A DNA stretch of 64,000 bases from NCBI RefSeq assembly GCF_009914755.1, contig NC_060931.1. One strand, 5' to 3'. The notes below the pieces were generated by a model, which ran no database searches, was not told the DNA's origin, and saw only the letters and a list, made by a program, of their open reading frames with translations. Positions 15,841-30,499 of this stretch are shown piece by piece. Position 1 is the stretch's first letter. Every line of letters starts with the position of its first letter. Position numbers and translations under genes: made by a program. The DNA is from the human T2T-CHM13v2.0 reference genome, Homo sapiens.

Positions 15841-16562
15841 TTATGAATCCTGCTGTAACAAAACAGGTGGTATGTAATATACTTATGTACTTATATACAT
15901 ATGACTATGACCTGACCCTTCCTCTCTGCAGAGCAGAAAAAGGATGGGACTAAATAAGTGGAATTTGTAGATCTAAGAGGACATTTTTCCCCTGAGGTTT
16001 GGACCTTAGAAGTAGTTACCAACAGACTGTGAAATCTAACCTGGGATCTTTTTAAAATACAGCAAATTCTCAAATGTGAAATCATTTAAAATGATGACTG
16101 AATGACTTCGAGGTTTCCTTAAGCTGTGGGCTGTGGACCTCATCTTGGGCAAGCAGTGACAATGCAGCATCAACACTGTTGCTCTGACATCAGCCAATGA
16201 CTCATCTGGGCAGGGCTACTGCTGGGACTTGACACTTCATATATCAAAAGGAGGTAGAAAATTTATTTATTTGACAAACATCATAGAAAAAAATAAAATG
16301 TTGAACACATAACTTTGTGTCTGATAATGCAATTCTATCCTTCTCACATCTATAGATGAAGTCCTGTGTAATCTTTCAATTTTGGAGTAAGATCAGTAAT
16401 TTCATATCCTACATAAACTGATATATTAAGTTTGCATTTTTGATGCTGTGAAGGATCTACTTAATCCCAGCCTGGCATGTTTAACAGCATTATGGGTAAA
16501 CTAGAGATTCCTAAGTTGAGACTCCTCTGAGATTAATGGACATCACGTGGTCTTCTGTTTTA

Positions 16563-16600
16563 AGGCCTCTGATTTAAGGACAGGTCTCTGATTTAAGGAC
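16563..16600. repeat. 19-bp tandem duplication (aggYctctgatttaaggac x2)
   Basis: Two adjacent copies with one mismatch. Confidence 0.9.
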
Positions 16601-17101
16601 ATTCAAATATTTTAAGTATTAAATAGGATTCTTCTAAGAATACTCATAGAACTCAATAATTTTATCAAATATTGCTATCTTCTGCTTTATACAATGTTCA
16701 GTTGCCAGATTTAACACGACACTTTTCATTAACCATAATATTTTAAGAACTGTTTATGAGAACAGATTACTGAATGATTGCGTGGACATCAGAGCAAATT
16801 CCAGCCACTTAAGTAACAGAATATGGAAATTTACATGAACCCCAGAGGACCAAGTATAATTGCGGCAGTGGAGGGAGAGAATGAAAGAAAGTTCATCATG
16901 CCAAGATCAAGGTTAGCTGCACATTTACATGACTTATTTCAATTCACCCAACATCAAGCAAACACACACAAAAACAAAACACTTCAGATTATTTTCTTGG
17001 AAGTAATAAAGGTCTAACACTGTTAAAACAGATACTTTAAAACATAAGACCTATGACTGTATAAAATACCCCCAAATTTCTGGTTTGTGAGAATAGCTTA
17101 C

Positions 17102-17212
17102 CAAATCCGAAAGCACTGGAACCTCCAATGCTCTGTGATGCCTGAACACTTGTAGATGTGTATAGTCCTGTCACCAGCAAGCCGTCAAAAAAGGTGCTTG
17201 TTGAAATTGTCA
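17102..17212 (-). CDS. RELN: Reelin exon 2 (reeler domain, approx. Val76-Gly113), 111 nt, phase 1/1
   Basis: Translates to (V)[36 protein letters not shown](G), matching the reelin N-terminal sequence as I recall it; flanked by acceptor ttttttttttctttcttacatttcag| and donor TTG|gtaagc. Confidence 0.98.
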
Positions 17213-17255
17213 CTGAAATGTAAGAAAGAAAAAAAAAACTCTCAATACAGTCAGA
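17213..17255 (-). promoter_or_regulatory. 3' splice site of exon 2: candidate branch point (ttctgAc, A at 17251), polypyrimidine tract, CAG
   Basis: Minus strand reads ttctgactgtattgagagttttttttttctttcttacatttcag. Confidence 0.8.
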
Positions 17256-18289
17256 ATAACACAATATATTTCTGAAGTGTTAGACATTGTCAAAACAATC
17301 TTTACTCATTAACAAATTATTTTTATACTATACCTAGTTGGTATTTTTTGTATGAGAAATTACAGAGGAGAATAAAGAAGCTCGGAACTCCAGTGTCTAC
17401 AATTGCTGGTCCTAAATTTAGAACATCAGTCCTACCTTTCTGCATTCATTTACACATTTCTTATGTGAACAATCATCTGAAAATAATGTAATATTGAATA
17501 GATGGTTTCCCCACCTCCACTACCACCCCTGAAGGCAGTCAAAGGCATTGCTGGAGTTTTGGCATTATGATAAAATGCTTTTTTTTTTTTTTAAGTCTTT
17601 CATACTGTGGGAAACAACTATACATCAGCTGAAAGAAGAACAGTAAGATGAACCACATTTCTTATTGTGAGTCCATATTTCAAAGATGAGTTCCCTGAAG
17701 TTTTCCAACAAAAGCCGACTAATTTGCATGAAGACAGCCAGACTTTTTCCTCTCGTGAAGAAGAAAGGAAGATCACTGCATGCTTTAAGTTTGAGAACAA
17801 AGTCTGGAAGAGGAGTGGTTTTATAACCATAAAATCAGGACGTTGCTGGGAAGAAAAGGGTAAAATTAAATATATACGTATGCTACTCAGGCTTGGCTTC
17901 TTCAAATTTTATCTTGCTCACCACCCTAAAACCTGACCATAATTTCCTGCTTGACGTAACATTTTCTCCTGCATAGGTTTTATAAGATTGAGATGATGCC
18001 ATTTGTAGGAAGCAACCAAGGGAAGGTAATAATATTATTTAGGTAGTGCACAGTACAAGGCTGTCATCATCCTTGGTGGCAATAAGGAGAATGACCAGAG
18101 TCACATTAACTTTAATGAGAATGTTTAAATTAAACTCCAGAAAATCCGGTGAACAGAGCTAAATGGTCTGAAACATCCATATTACAAAGCATAAAACAAG
18201 ACACATATCAATAGAATAGCCTGACATCATGCTACTCCCATAATGGCATGGGGGATTGGAACAAACCACCTTCTCATCCTTTAACAAGA

Positions 18290-18480
18290 AATAATAGCTA
18301 ATATTTTTTAGTGCTGGCACATCAACCACTTAGTTGGGCACTGAGGTAAGTAGTTTACATATATTATCTCATTCAATTGTCAAAACATACCTATAAGAGG
18401 GATACTATTATTATTTCCAGCATACAAAAGAAGAATGTGTAGAACAGAGCCATTAAGAACCTGGCCCAGGACCATCTGAT
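18290..18480 (-). mobile_element. MIR
   Basis: ataatagctaatatt...tttacatatattatctcattcaat...actattattatttcca. Confidence 0.65.
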
Positions 18481-19160
18481 ATCATCTAAAATGTTTTGAT
18501 GCTGTCTACATGGGTTATTTCCTGTTTCTTCTTTGCTCCCCTCAGATCCCAAAGTGGCAAAGTAACCATGGCCAAACTCCATCAAGGCAGGCATCTCAAG
18601 TATTTCGTTCACTGATATATCTCGAGTGTCTAGAATAATTTATGGTACTCTTAGGTGCTCAATATTTAGTGAATTATTAATGAATAACTTATTCATATAA
18701 AAGTAGTGCAAGGTTGTTTTATCTTTAGCTTGTTTCCAGAGGAAAAGTATGTTATGAATCCTAGACTTTATACATCAGATGAGCCCCACTTGGAAAAGCC
18801 ACATGGAAAAAAAGAAGACAGAGAAAAGTTGGCTATTTAAATATGTAAAATGCTTTCCAGAGTGCAAGACAGATCAATGCAGAGAGAAACTGACTAAAAG
18901 ACCAGCCAAAGACATTTTTTAAAAGGCGTAAGTATGCATAAATTTTATCAGATGCTGTATGCTTACACGAATCATCTAAAGAAAAAAATACTTGTTTGAA
19001 ATGAATTGATTATAATCTGCTTGCTAGAGTTCAGAATTTTTTAGGAAAAAATGATATTTGCCTTTGGAAAAACGCTACTCTTTTGACAGTGGAATAAGCA
19101 TTCCTTTTCCTCGTTTAAGCAGATGTGATGCATAATCCATATGTGAACTGATAATCGGTC

Positions 19161-19183
19161 TTTTTTTTTTTTTTTTTTTTTTT
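19161..19183. repeat. T23 mononucleotide run (A23 on the RELN strand)
   Basis: Direct read; no adjoining Alu or L1 body. Confidence 0.95.
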
Positions 19184-20522
19184 AGAAAGAGGAGGAAATG
19201 TTGCCCAGACTCTCATGGGATTTAAGGCATATCTTTCTGGTTACCAGGCTTCCACTTCTTCAAGAAGATAATGGGTCCAATCTCTGTGTGTAAAAACCAC
19301 TGGACACAGTGTGAATTCTCTTAACATGCAGACCATTTCAGAATGTCTGCAGCCCACATGTTTTCACTGACTGGAACACTGGTGGTGAACCCATGAGCAG
19401 TATAAAGGAGCATACTGAAAACTTCACACCAAGGAACTTCGACTTTGAATCTATGTCAGGAACACCCTTCTCTCCATCCCCTTTCTTTCTCTTTCACAGA
19501 AAGGCTTCCACTTATCTCTACTTGCAGCCCTCGGTTAATCTGCCCAAGTTTCCTGTGACATCGGCCCCTGCAGTTTTTGGTTTTCACATGGGGCCCTCTC
19601 CCCCAACCTAAAAGGGAGAACCCTTTAGTGTCTGCCTCATTCCTTTCTACCAAGCTATGTGACTCCACACGCGCACCAGCTCTAATCTTTCCTCTGTGCC
19701 CTGACGACTTTCTTTCCTCTAATTTCACTTGACTCACTTTTCAAGCACTATTTTAGCCTCTCTAGTCTTAACTCATCGCTTACATCCACAACCTGGTGCC
19801 ATCCAGGCAATTGGAATGGTTCTTGAAAGCGGAAAAGTGATTTATGACAAGTTAAAGGGAAAATTTACCATACACAGAAATAATATGGGACATGATTTTA
19901 AAAACTGAGGTTCACACTTGTGAATGTAAAATTATTTAAATATGTATATGAACTAGAAGGAAACTTATAACTTTCAGGTCACCAATTTGGCCCATTGATG
20001 AAGCTGTTTAAAGACAGAGATAAAACTGCTGTCTACTATTTAAAATAAACAAGCTCTCCATGAATCATAGGATTATCCATGTGTGTAGATCTAGATATAC
20101 TCATTTGAAGAATGTGAAATACACTAATTCCCACTACAGACATTTTTGCAGTTTTCTGATACTCTGATTCAGAATGTTATGGTTCCAAGCTGCATAGTTT
20201 AAAACGTTCCATAGTGATTGTCACTTTAAAATGTTTCCTTTAAAAATATTTATTTATAAAGTAGACTTGCATAAGTAGAAGTTGTAGGTAAAAGACATAA
20301 ATTTGGGTATATTAGGATGGGGATAATTGGACAAATTTTTTATATTCGAACTACTTTTAAGAAAAGTAACTATTGGGCTATATGTGTCTAACTGATATCT
20401 AACTCAGACCTGTTAATAAGCAAATCCTTCATGCCCTTTCCAAGATTATCAGTCAAATGATCTAATTAATGTTAAAATGGGTAACAAATAATATTTTCCA
20501 TGTCAATTCACTTTCAAATTAG

Positions 20523-20907
<385 letters not shown>

Positions 20908-21619
20908 TAGTCTTTTAACTTTCATTTTAGAAAACATTTATATTAAAAAGTTGGTGAGGAGAAGAAGAAATCTGTGGTAAATGCACTTCCAGTGAGTAAA
21001 CTAAGCCAAATAGTAAAATGTACTAGAAGGTACGTAATGCATTCAGACTTAAAGAATGAAGCAAGGTGTATGATTGATTGAGACAGAAAACTAAGCAACT
21101 TCTATGAGCTAAGACTTGTGTAAGCACTGTAATTTGGGTTTTATTAACTAGACGGGCAGAGATATTTAGAAATAGTTCTCCCTTGACAAAAATGTTTATA
21201 AACTCCATCTGACATCCTGTCAATTCTAGCTATTTTATACAAATTAAAATAGATCACCACTATGGGATAACACCCACAAGTTATCCATATCAGACACCAA
21301 AGGTTTACATAAAATCATTAAATAATAATCTAGTGAGCTTAAATAGGTAAACTCCTATTTAAACAATCCATTCTCCCATATATTCAGTCTTTATTCATGG
21401 CTTTACAAATTTTTATGGTCAAATTTGTAAAATTCTTTCCCAAGGGACTTCTTCCCTCTTGGAGTCAATTTTTATATCTTTCATAGTTTTGCATTAAAAT
21501 GTCAAGAGAACTGGCTACTTTATTACAGAGGAAAATATCAATATTATCGATTTCATACAGAATTCTGAACTTGCCAGTCCATTTTAAGGGGGAAATAAAG
21601 CATGTATATTATTATCTAT

Positions 21620-22020
21620 AATTAGAAAGCAAATGCATCTTAGATCACATAATTCCCTTGTTCAATCAACATCTCTAGCTTCCTAATGTCCATAGATTAA
21701 AACCCTAAATCTTCAATGTGGTTTCAAAGACCTTTGGGTTGTGGCCATAACTAGTCCCTCCAGTCAAATTTCTCCATTTCAGCTGAAAACATCTGATTAA
21801 AGGATGTTAACTGGATTAAACAGTTAAACCAGAACACGTTCTATACTTCTCTGCCTCCTGGCCTCTGCTCTTACCTAGAATGACCCCTTGCCAGGTTACC
21901 TTTTGTTAAGGTATTCAGGTGCAGGTTCAAATGTCATCTCTCTCATGCAGTCTGTTCTGACCTCCTGGGGAAATTCACCTCTCCCTCCTCAGTGACCCCA
22001 GAGCTCATTCACAGACTACT
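21620..22020 (+). mobile_element. L2 fragments
   Basis: tagatcacataattcccttg...ttcaaatgtcatctctctc. Confidence 0.55.
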
Positions 22021-23884
22021 TTCCCCAGAGTTTGGCTCAAGGGAGAAGCTCAACTTTTGTTGAATTCAACCACATAGAAACATTTATTACAACATAACAT
22101 ATAAGAATAAAATAAGATAAAATTGAGAGTGTAATGTAGCCAGTGTAACCAAAATTGTAAAATCTAACTTCTACAGAAAAAACTGGGCCATTGTTATTCT
22201 TAGAGATACATGAAAAATAAGTTTCCTCTGAAAAGTAAACAAAAAAATAAAAAATAATGCAGTATTCAATTATAGTACTCAAAAACCAGGTAGGTCTAAG
22301 AAAATTTTAGTTGGATTTTACATTTAACCATAATAGCTTTTCTTTTATATATCTGTATTTTGTATGTGAATATATATATACATATAAATGTATATACCAA
22401 ATTAATCTTCTGATAATTTTTGTCACTAAGACTTTACACCATTATCCTCACTCTTAAGTTACACTGCCATTTCCTCAAATAAAATATAAGGGATCAAAAG
22501 GCTGAGCAGGTTACAAATATCTCTTCCACATCTGTGTTAAATTGGCAATGAGCTTAGCACCAGGAGACTATAAATATGGATTGCTGGGGTGTGACTGCGG
22601 AATGAAAACATGATGTAGTGACACAATTCAATTCTTATCAGTGGCTCAAAGAGTACCTCTGTCTTGAAATGACTAATTACAGAGTCAGTTATTATCTATT
22701 ATAGCTTCTATTAAACATTCCCCACGAGACCCTAATACCATTCTTGCAGAAAATCACTGTAAGATGAAAGTCTAAAAGAAAATAAATTTAGACATTTAAT
22801 GATGTTTGCATTTCATTCTAAAGCTTCTGGTCTACAAATGCTCTATGGTCCATTAAATTTTGATCATTTCCAGCATATTCCATTACTACTTTATACAAAA
22901 GACCTTTAATATGTGCAGAAAAGAAATTAAGTAATACTCGAAATGATGTTCCCATTTTTTTTTCAGAACGGCAAGCATCAGAGGATAGCAAATTGCAAAA
23001 AAATTGAAATTAGGTACATAAGCATTAGTGATGATGCACCAATTGCAAAGTTTCCATTTCTTGATTTTGTATATTCTGAAGATGAAAAACGCCAGCAGAA
23101 TCTAATATTGTCAATATTTAAGAAAACATCATTGCATTTTGCCTTATGAAGAGAAATTCGTTTGCTTTTTGAATACAGAACAAATTAAACAGCCTAAGGA
23201 ACAAATATCTTTCTCTGAAGAAGAAATAAACTGAGCATATTTGCTGCAAAATTTCATCAACACTGTATGTTCAACTACTGATTCTTCCTTAAAGTGCCAC
23301 TAGCTCTGGGCACCAAATAGAGACCATAAAAAAATACATTATAATTTCCATTCCAAACCTCTAGAAGAACATGACCCTCGCACTACTTCTCATTACATAT
23401 ATTAATTCCATTTTGACATGGTTTTGTGTGGATTTCAAAAATTAAGTCAGGTATTTCAATAATAGCATTCCCAAACCAACAACAGCAAAGAAAAAAAAAT
23501 CATCCCAATAAATGTAAAAGAAATGACTGGAAGTCAAGATTCACTGAGTGAGGACATGAATCCATAGAAATGAAAAGAGATCTTAAATAATTAGATCAGG
23601 ATAATAAATTCAGTTTATTCCAGGAACAAATGGACTCCAATCAGCCTTTTGTGAGGGGTAGAGAGAGATCGTTCCTACCTTACCTATCTATTCCAACAAC
23701 AAATGATAAGGGGCACGATGAGGAAGTAGCTGGCTGCCCACCTAGTATAGTCTCCTGTCCATCTCCAGAGGAGCATTGCTAAATGTACCATAGCCACCCT
23801 TTCCTACTTCCAAAAGGCTTTAGATGGCTGACCTAGATCATCTCTAAGAGCTCTTTACCCTCAGATTTAATACACACTTCCTTA

Positions 23885-24060
23885 ATAATAATAATAGCTA
23901 AACAATATTTGAGCACTACATGCCAGGTATTGTTCTAAATCTTTTATAGGTATTAATCTTTTCAATATCCTATGTGATAATTACTATAATTATACCCCTT
24001 TTACCCATTAAAGCTGAAACAAAGAGGGGAGGGCTAAGTTATGTGCCTTAACTAGCATGT
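23885..24060 (-). mobile_element. MIR
   Basis: aataatagctaaac...ttgagcactacatgccaggtattgttctaa. Confidence 0.7.
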
Positions 24061-25009
24061 GAAAGGTAGCTCTAGGACATGGAGGTCATGTTCCCCAACC
24101 TGAACGGACTGCAGTAAGTAGAGCAGCCTCTATCTCGTGCTATGCCCAAGAGGGTGGCAGGTGCTTGATCTTTTCCTGGAAGGCAGTGCTTCCATGCCCT
24201 GGGTACATGGGTATAGTCTCCTGGAGTATCCCCAGCAGGCTGCTCTGTAGAATGTACTTAACCTTGATGTCTGCTGTACTAATTATTATTACAGCCATTT
24301 ATTATCATTATTATTACTCTTCTTTTTCATTTTATATGGATCTGTGCTGTTCTTTGAGGGGGAGAAAGGAAGGAGAAGGAGTGGCCTCCAGGGAGGACTA
24401 AACGCAGTGTGATAAAGGACTAAGCTTAAGATCAAAATAATAAGGTCAAAGAGCCCTGGATCAGCCCACCTCTGAAAGCAAGCGGAGAATGCCGTGCAAA
24501 TGCTTTGCAGCTTTGTCTCCACCTGCAAGGAGAGGAAAAACTGAGCAAGATCCAGGAATTCTAGCAGGTGCAGGACACCCATCATATGCAAAACTTAATG
24601 ACCGATGAAAACACCTTCCAGGGTCTGGAAAATGTTCTTTGCTGGCTAGAGGAGGGGTACAGCATCTCTGTGGAACGCTATTATGATATACTTATTACTG
24701 ATTCAGAGATTCAGATGAACCACACGTAGCCTCTAAGTCTTATTTTCTGGCACCACCAGTAATAAAAGGAAATCCACTGAAATTTTTTTTGCTTCCTTTA
24801 AGTTCTTGGGAGATAAAACAGGTGCAGTCAAATGTGTTTGTGAATTTATTATTTTAAAATTAAGCCCTTTGGAAGTAAGTTTAGATGAGAGCACTTGGTG
24901 AATATAAATCTCTCCTACTCAATCCCTCTACATTGCCTTTCCTCTTCTTTATGTTCCAAACCCCAACCCACCCTACAAGCACTCTCTCTCTGACACACGT
25001 GTGCATGCG

Positions 25010-25018
<9 letters not shown>

Positions 25019-25070
<52 letters not shown>
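25019..25070. repeat. (AC)26 microsatellite
   Basis: Direct read. Confidence 0.97.
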
Positions 25071-25073
<3 letters not shown>

Positions 25074-26117
25074 CACTCAGAATTTCTAAAAATATTAACC
25101 TTGAGGTAAAAATCTCACATCTTATTCAGGTGATCCCTTCCCTAGACTTGGAGACATAGGTCAGAATAAACTACCTGGAATGAGGTCCTGAACAATATTT
25201 TTGAAATCTCCGAAGACTGTCCAATCTAGCCTAAATAAAAATTCCTAAATAGTAATAGTAATGATAAAGAATTAAAATATAATTTTACAATTCTCTACCC
25301 ATTTTTAGCCCCAACTGCACTTAAAGCAGGAATAATTTCATTTTATCATCCACTTTTGGCCTTTATAATTTAATTCTGAATTTTTAAAAAATTCTACAAA
25401 TAATGATAATTAGTTTCTATTATATAACCCAAAATTTTTTTCTTTATAAATGACACTTTATTATAATTCAGAGAACCACAGACAAGAGTAACTGGTATTT
25501 GTGATTTATCTCTGACCTTATTTTTCACGTTACTTTTATATGAGGCTGGATAATACTCATCCATGAAAATTTCATATTGTTGGCCCTGCACTCAATAAAT
25601 TATTAAAGTGATGTGAATAGGAATGTGGTGTTCAGGTTTTCAGCAATTTTCATCCTTTTGTTCTTGCTTTTTTAAAGGAAAGACTATCTTGTCTAAAACT
25701 CAACATATCTTTGTAAAATTTAAGCAAAGATTAGCCTTAAAAGAAATCATTTTGGGAGATTTATTACTCTGAATTGCTGCAAGAAGTTTTAACAATGTTT
25801 TTCTTTTGAGGCATGGATAATTTTCTAGGTTGAGAAGAATAAGCCTAGTAATTCTTATAAGCACATACACAGGTGAATACATTACAATAAAATACACGGA
25901 TGCCTAGAGAACAAATATATGTGTGATTTTTCTCCCCCAAAATCATCAGGTGTGTAAAGCTTTTATACAATAAAAAAGGCTTCTAACTTTTCTGTTTCTA
26001 TTATGTTTTTTTTACGTTGTTTTGACCAAAGCTAACTAAAGAAAATTTGAACTCACGTAACAAATAACAAAGTAACTCCTAATAGTGCCCCAAGTAGTTT
26101 AAAACATAAATATATGA

Positions 26118-26424
<307 letters not shown>

Positions 26425-26647
26425 AGCTTTTGATTGTAGTTCAACATATTGAAAATATGCCATTACGAAATTCTTAAATATGTTCATATTTGCAACAACT
26501 TTATGCTTGTGCAAGAACATGCCAAGAGTGACCTTGATAATACTCGTGCGTATGTCATACATCTGTTGTTTGTAAAATGTATAGATCAACATTAATAATA
26601 ATTGATAGAATTCCTAATACACATAGTTAAACCGAACGCAGCTCTAA

Positions 26648-26967
<320 letters not shown>

Positions 26968-28231
26968 TAAGCTTTTTAAACAAGTTTTTCTACAGTATTC
27001 TCTTTTAGTACTTCCATATGTTCATTTCAATATACTAAAACTAATCATAAGCAACTGTCCTAAAATAAAAAATTCATTTAAATATATGCTGAGTATATTA
27101 TATATGGCATACAAATGATTAACTATAAAATTCTATTACTAATTTATATAAGACAAATTTTAAAACTCACTTATTTTATGATCAGACCCTGTGGGTGTGA
27201 GACTATGTGTGTATTGTTCCGCTTATTCATTTATTAAGCAAATATTTATAAAGTGCCACTCGATACTGAGAACATAATGATGAACCATCTGTATGTTTAT
27301 AAAAATAACATTTGAATTGTTCCTGTCCCTTTTAGAAGACTCTCTATTCCACATTTCAAAATCCAATTCATAAAATCTAAAATTGTTATTGCTGACATCG
27401 AAATTCACAAAATAAATGTTAAATTCACAAAATAATGTCAAATAAATGACGTTCAGGTACTAGCACAGATAGTTGCTCTAATATGCTACAACTGAATTCT
27501 AAGATTTTCAGATTAAAATAATTACCAAATAAGGATATAACATAAATGACATTTACACTGACAGATGGCATCTGATATTTGGGAAAGTATAAAAGATGAA
27601 ATAAATGCACAACTAATTTGTGTAACATTAAATTGTAATTATAAATAATATTTCTCCTATGGGTAAAATGGAAAATGCTGTACTTTTTATTTTACAGCAT
27701 GGCACTTAGTACAATGAGTCTTAAAATTTCTTAAAATAACAGAATATCTTTGTGGTTAAGTATAAGTTTGTGTTTTCAATATAGCTATAAGACAATTTTT
27801 CCAAGGATAAGGATGAAGAAAAACTCCAGGCGTGAATAATTACCAGGAGATGTCTTGAGGCCTAGGAGTTTAGGAAAAAGTTAAGTGATTAGTTATCTAA
27901 AGAGTGTTTAATGAAGGGACTTTGCAAAGGACTAAGTATGCTCTGCTGGCTTTAGTATTCCTCATTTTCTGGTATACAATTTCTAAGTAAATCTTAATCT
28001 ACCCTTAGCACATATTTGGTTTTGATTTGTTGATTTTTTTTATTTTAGAAAACTGATCTAAATTCTTAAGTTGGTGACATGGCATAGAAAACCAGAGCTG
28101 GATGAAAGGCAAACTAAAATATAGATTTTTATAAACATATATCTTGCTCACAATTATCTGTACACAGAAATGCTTAAGATATAAGTTCTAAACAATTTCC
28201 AGTATCAATTAAAATACCTATTCAACACAGA

Positions 28232-28268
28232 TGGACTCAAATTCTGTATGCTGGACTCAAATTCTGTA
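28232..28268. repeat. Tandem duplication, period 20 (tggactcaaattctgta x2)
   Basis: Identical 17-mers at 28232 and 28252. Confidence 0.9.
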
Positions 28269-28379
28269 AGTGCCAATTTGATCAATACAATTATTACTTT
28301 TTAGTCAAATAATGAATATTTGTTAGAACTATTAGCCAACTAAATTCTCCCAAAGATCATTTTACTTTTATAACCAAAA

Positions 28380-28520
28380 CTTTCAATCACCTGAGAAGCT
28401 TTTTAAAATTCAGACTCCCAGTTCCCAAATGGATTCTGTTTCTGTATTATTGGGATAAAGCCCAGGAATCAGCATATTTAACAATGTCCATCTAGGTGGA
28501 TTCTGTGTGAGTGGTCCTGG
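28380..28520. mobile_element. MER5-family MITE
   Basis: aatcacctgagaagctttttaaaattcagactccc...cccaggaatcagcatatttaacaa. Confidence 0.65.
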
Positions 28521-29444
28521 GATAGACCAACTACAGTGATAGAAAAAGCTGCAAATCCACAGCTCTTAGGAAACAGAATTTCCAACGAAGGCTATCCATG
28601 GATGAAAAATTATAATTGAATTGAATTGAGGCTACATTAAGAATTCCACTACAGTAAGAAGCCACTTTGCCTTTTATTATACTGCAGTTTCCTCCTAGTG
28701 TAAATGTTGTTTAACAAGATGAGGATGTAATGGAACACCTGTTCTTAGGAGACTTCATGTATGCCAGAGAATTTTCTCTAACTGACGAGGACTGAAACCA
28801 ATCCAGAATGAGGATGATGAGCCAACATTGCAGGGGATTTTGGGTGAGCACTAAAGAGCAATCACAGCCCTCTGGTGATGTTCTTGGCAAACAAGGTCAC
28901 TGTATGTTCTGGCTGAATTGATAACAAAGAAAAGTACCTAAATATTTTCTGAATTTGGCAGGTATATGTTTAAAGAATATTTAGCCAATGTTACATATAT
29001 TATAATAATTCAAGCCAAAAAAATAACTGGAGGTGAAGAGATGAGGTTAAGTCAGCATATCTTGTTGTGGGAAATCCTTGCTGGATGCCAGGGTGCAACC
29101 TGCTCTTTTCTGACTGCCTTTAGGTCATCAGAATTTCTTGAATTTACCAATGAACCAACATCAAGTTAAATGGCATCTGGTTGCTGTTGGAGTCTTTATT
29201 GCAGTACTTATCTGATCCATGAAACTGAGAAATAGTGGTCAGTGATCATGTGTAATTTTTTCAGCATAATGGCTGAAGAACCGAGCTCACTGCCAGTGTC
29301 TAGGCCATCTCATTACCTCTTTAACCACCTTGAGCTTCAACTCTTATCTAAAAATCACTTGTGTTCTAAACTTTTCATTTGGAATAACCTTGGTGAAAGA
29401 AGGTGAATAACCTTCTTTCGAATAGCTAGACTTTCCCACCACCA

Positions 29445-30019
29445 AAGTCACAGCAAACACTAAATTAGCAAATATTGAACCATTTCTCCTAGGAGACGTA
29501 CAGAGTTAGGTTCCTGTGAGGCTTTGGTTACATGTTCATCAACTGATCATACATAGTTTTATGTGTGTTTCTGTTTCAAGACAACCTTATTTAATATATA
29601 TTGTTGATTCATTATAACATTGAACTCATGGCCAACAGCAATATAACTAGTGCCTGAAGCAAGCTATCTAACACCCATATTTTCTCTATAAGGCACATCA
29701 CTACCTTCAGCACTTTGGTACTACACCTGGGGGCCATTTTAAACAGTGAAATCACCAACAAAAATTTGAAAGATGCACTCTAGCCTGTGAAAACACTTGT
29801 TTACAATAGGAGAGCTGAGACAAGAAGGCAGAGCATTTGACTTCAGCTGGCACAAGCATTTGACTTCAACGCATCCGGCAACTCAAAAGTTTTCACTGCT
29901 CTGCACGTGTCTGCAAATGACTGTCAAAGTGCCACAAGTGTTGATTTTGAGGTCACAAATACATTTTAGTCAATAGATGAAATCACAAAGAAGGAACATG
30001 CAAATAATGAGGATCATTG
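29445..30019 (-). mobile_element. MER82 (TcMar-Tigger)
   Basis: gggggccattttaaacagtgaaatcaccaac, ttgaactcatggccaacagca, terminal gcaaataatgaggatcattg. Confidence 0.85.
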
Positions 30020-30069
30020 TCTTATCTGCCCTAAGGCAAAGGCCTCATATATTGCTCACCTCATGCCAA

Positions 30070-30492
30070 GTCTATTAGCTTGGTAGGGTTGCCATAACAA
30101 AGTACCACAGATGGGGTGGTATAAACAACAGACATTTATTTTTCCACAGTTCTGGAGGCTGGATGTCTGAGAGCAATGTGTTCACAGGTTTGCTTTTCCT
30201 GAAGCCTCCCTCCTCAGCTAGCAGACGTCCACATTCTCACTGTGTCCCTGCATGGCCTTTCATCTATCTGCACATGTCTGTATCCACATTTCTTCTTCTT
30301 ATAATGACATCAGTGATATTGGATTAGGGCCATCCCAATGACCTCATTTTAATTTAATTACCTTTTAATACATTTTGTCTCCAAATATAATCATATTATG
30401 AGTTACCAGGGATTAGGACTTCAATATATGAATGGCAGGGGGTTGTGGCGGGGGACGGGTGGGGGGTGTGGACAGTTCAGCCCCCCGTAATG
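30070..30492 (-). mobile_element. MaLR solo LTR (MLT1B-like)
   Basis: gccataacaaagtaccacaga...cacagttctggaggctgga...aatgacctcattttaa. Confidence 0.88.
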
Positions 30493-30499
30493 CATTTCT

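Noticed and set aside
17037-17264. 75-aa ORF as a stand-alone small gene
   Set aside because: It is RELN exon 2 plus in-frame intronic flanks; splice sites delimit 17102-17212
19161-19183. A23 on the RELN strand as a real poly(A) site or retro-insertion
   Set aside because: No TSD or element body, and it is genomically encoded; more likely to cause oligo-dT internal priming artefacts
23744-24222. 13-bp direct repeat gtatagtctcctg about 470 bp apart
   Set aside because: Too short, no flanking homology, and no inserted element between them to make it a TSD
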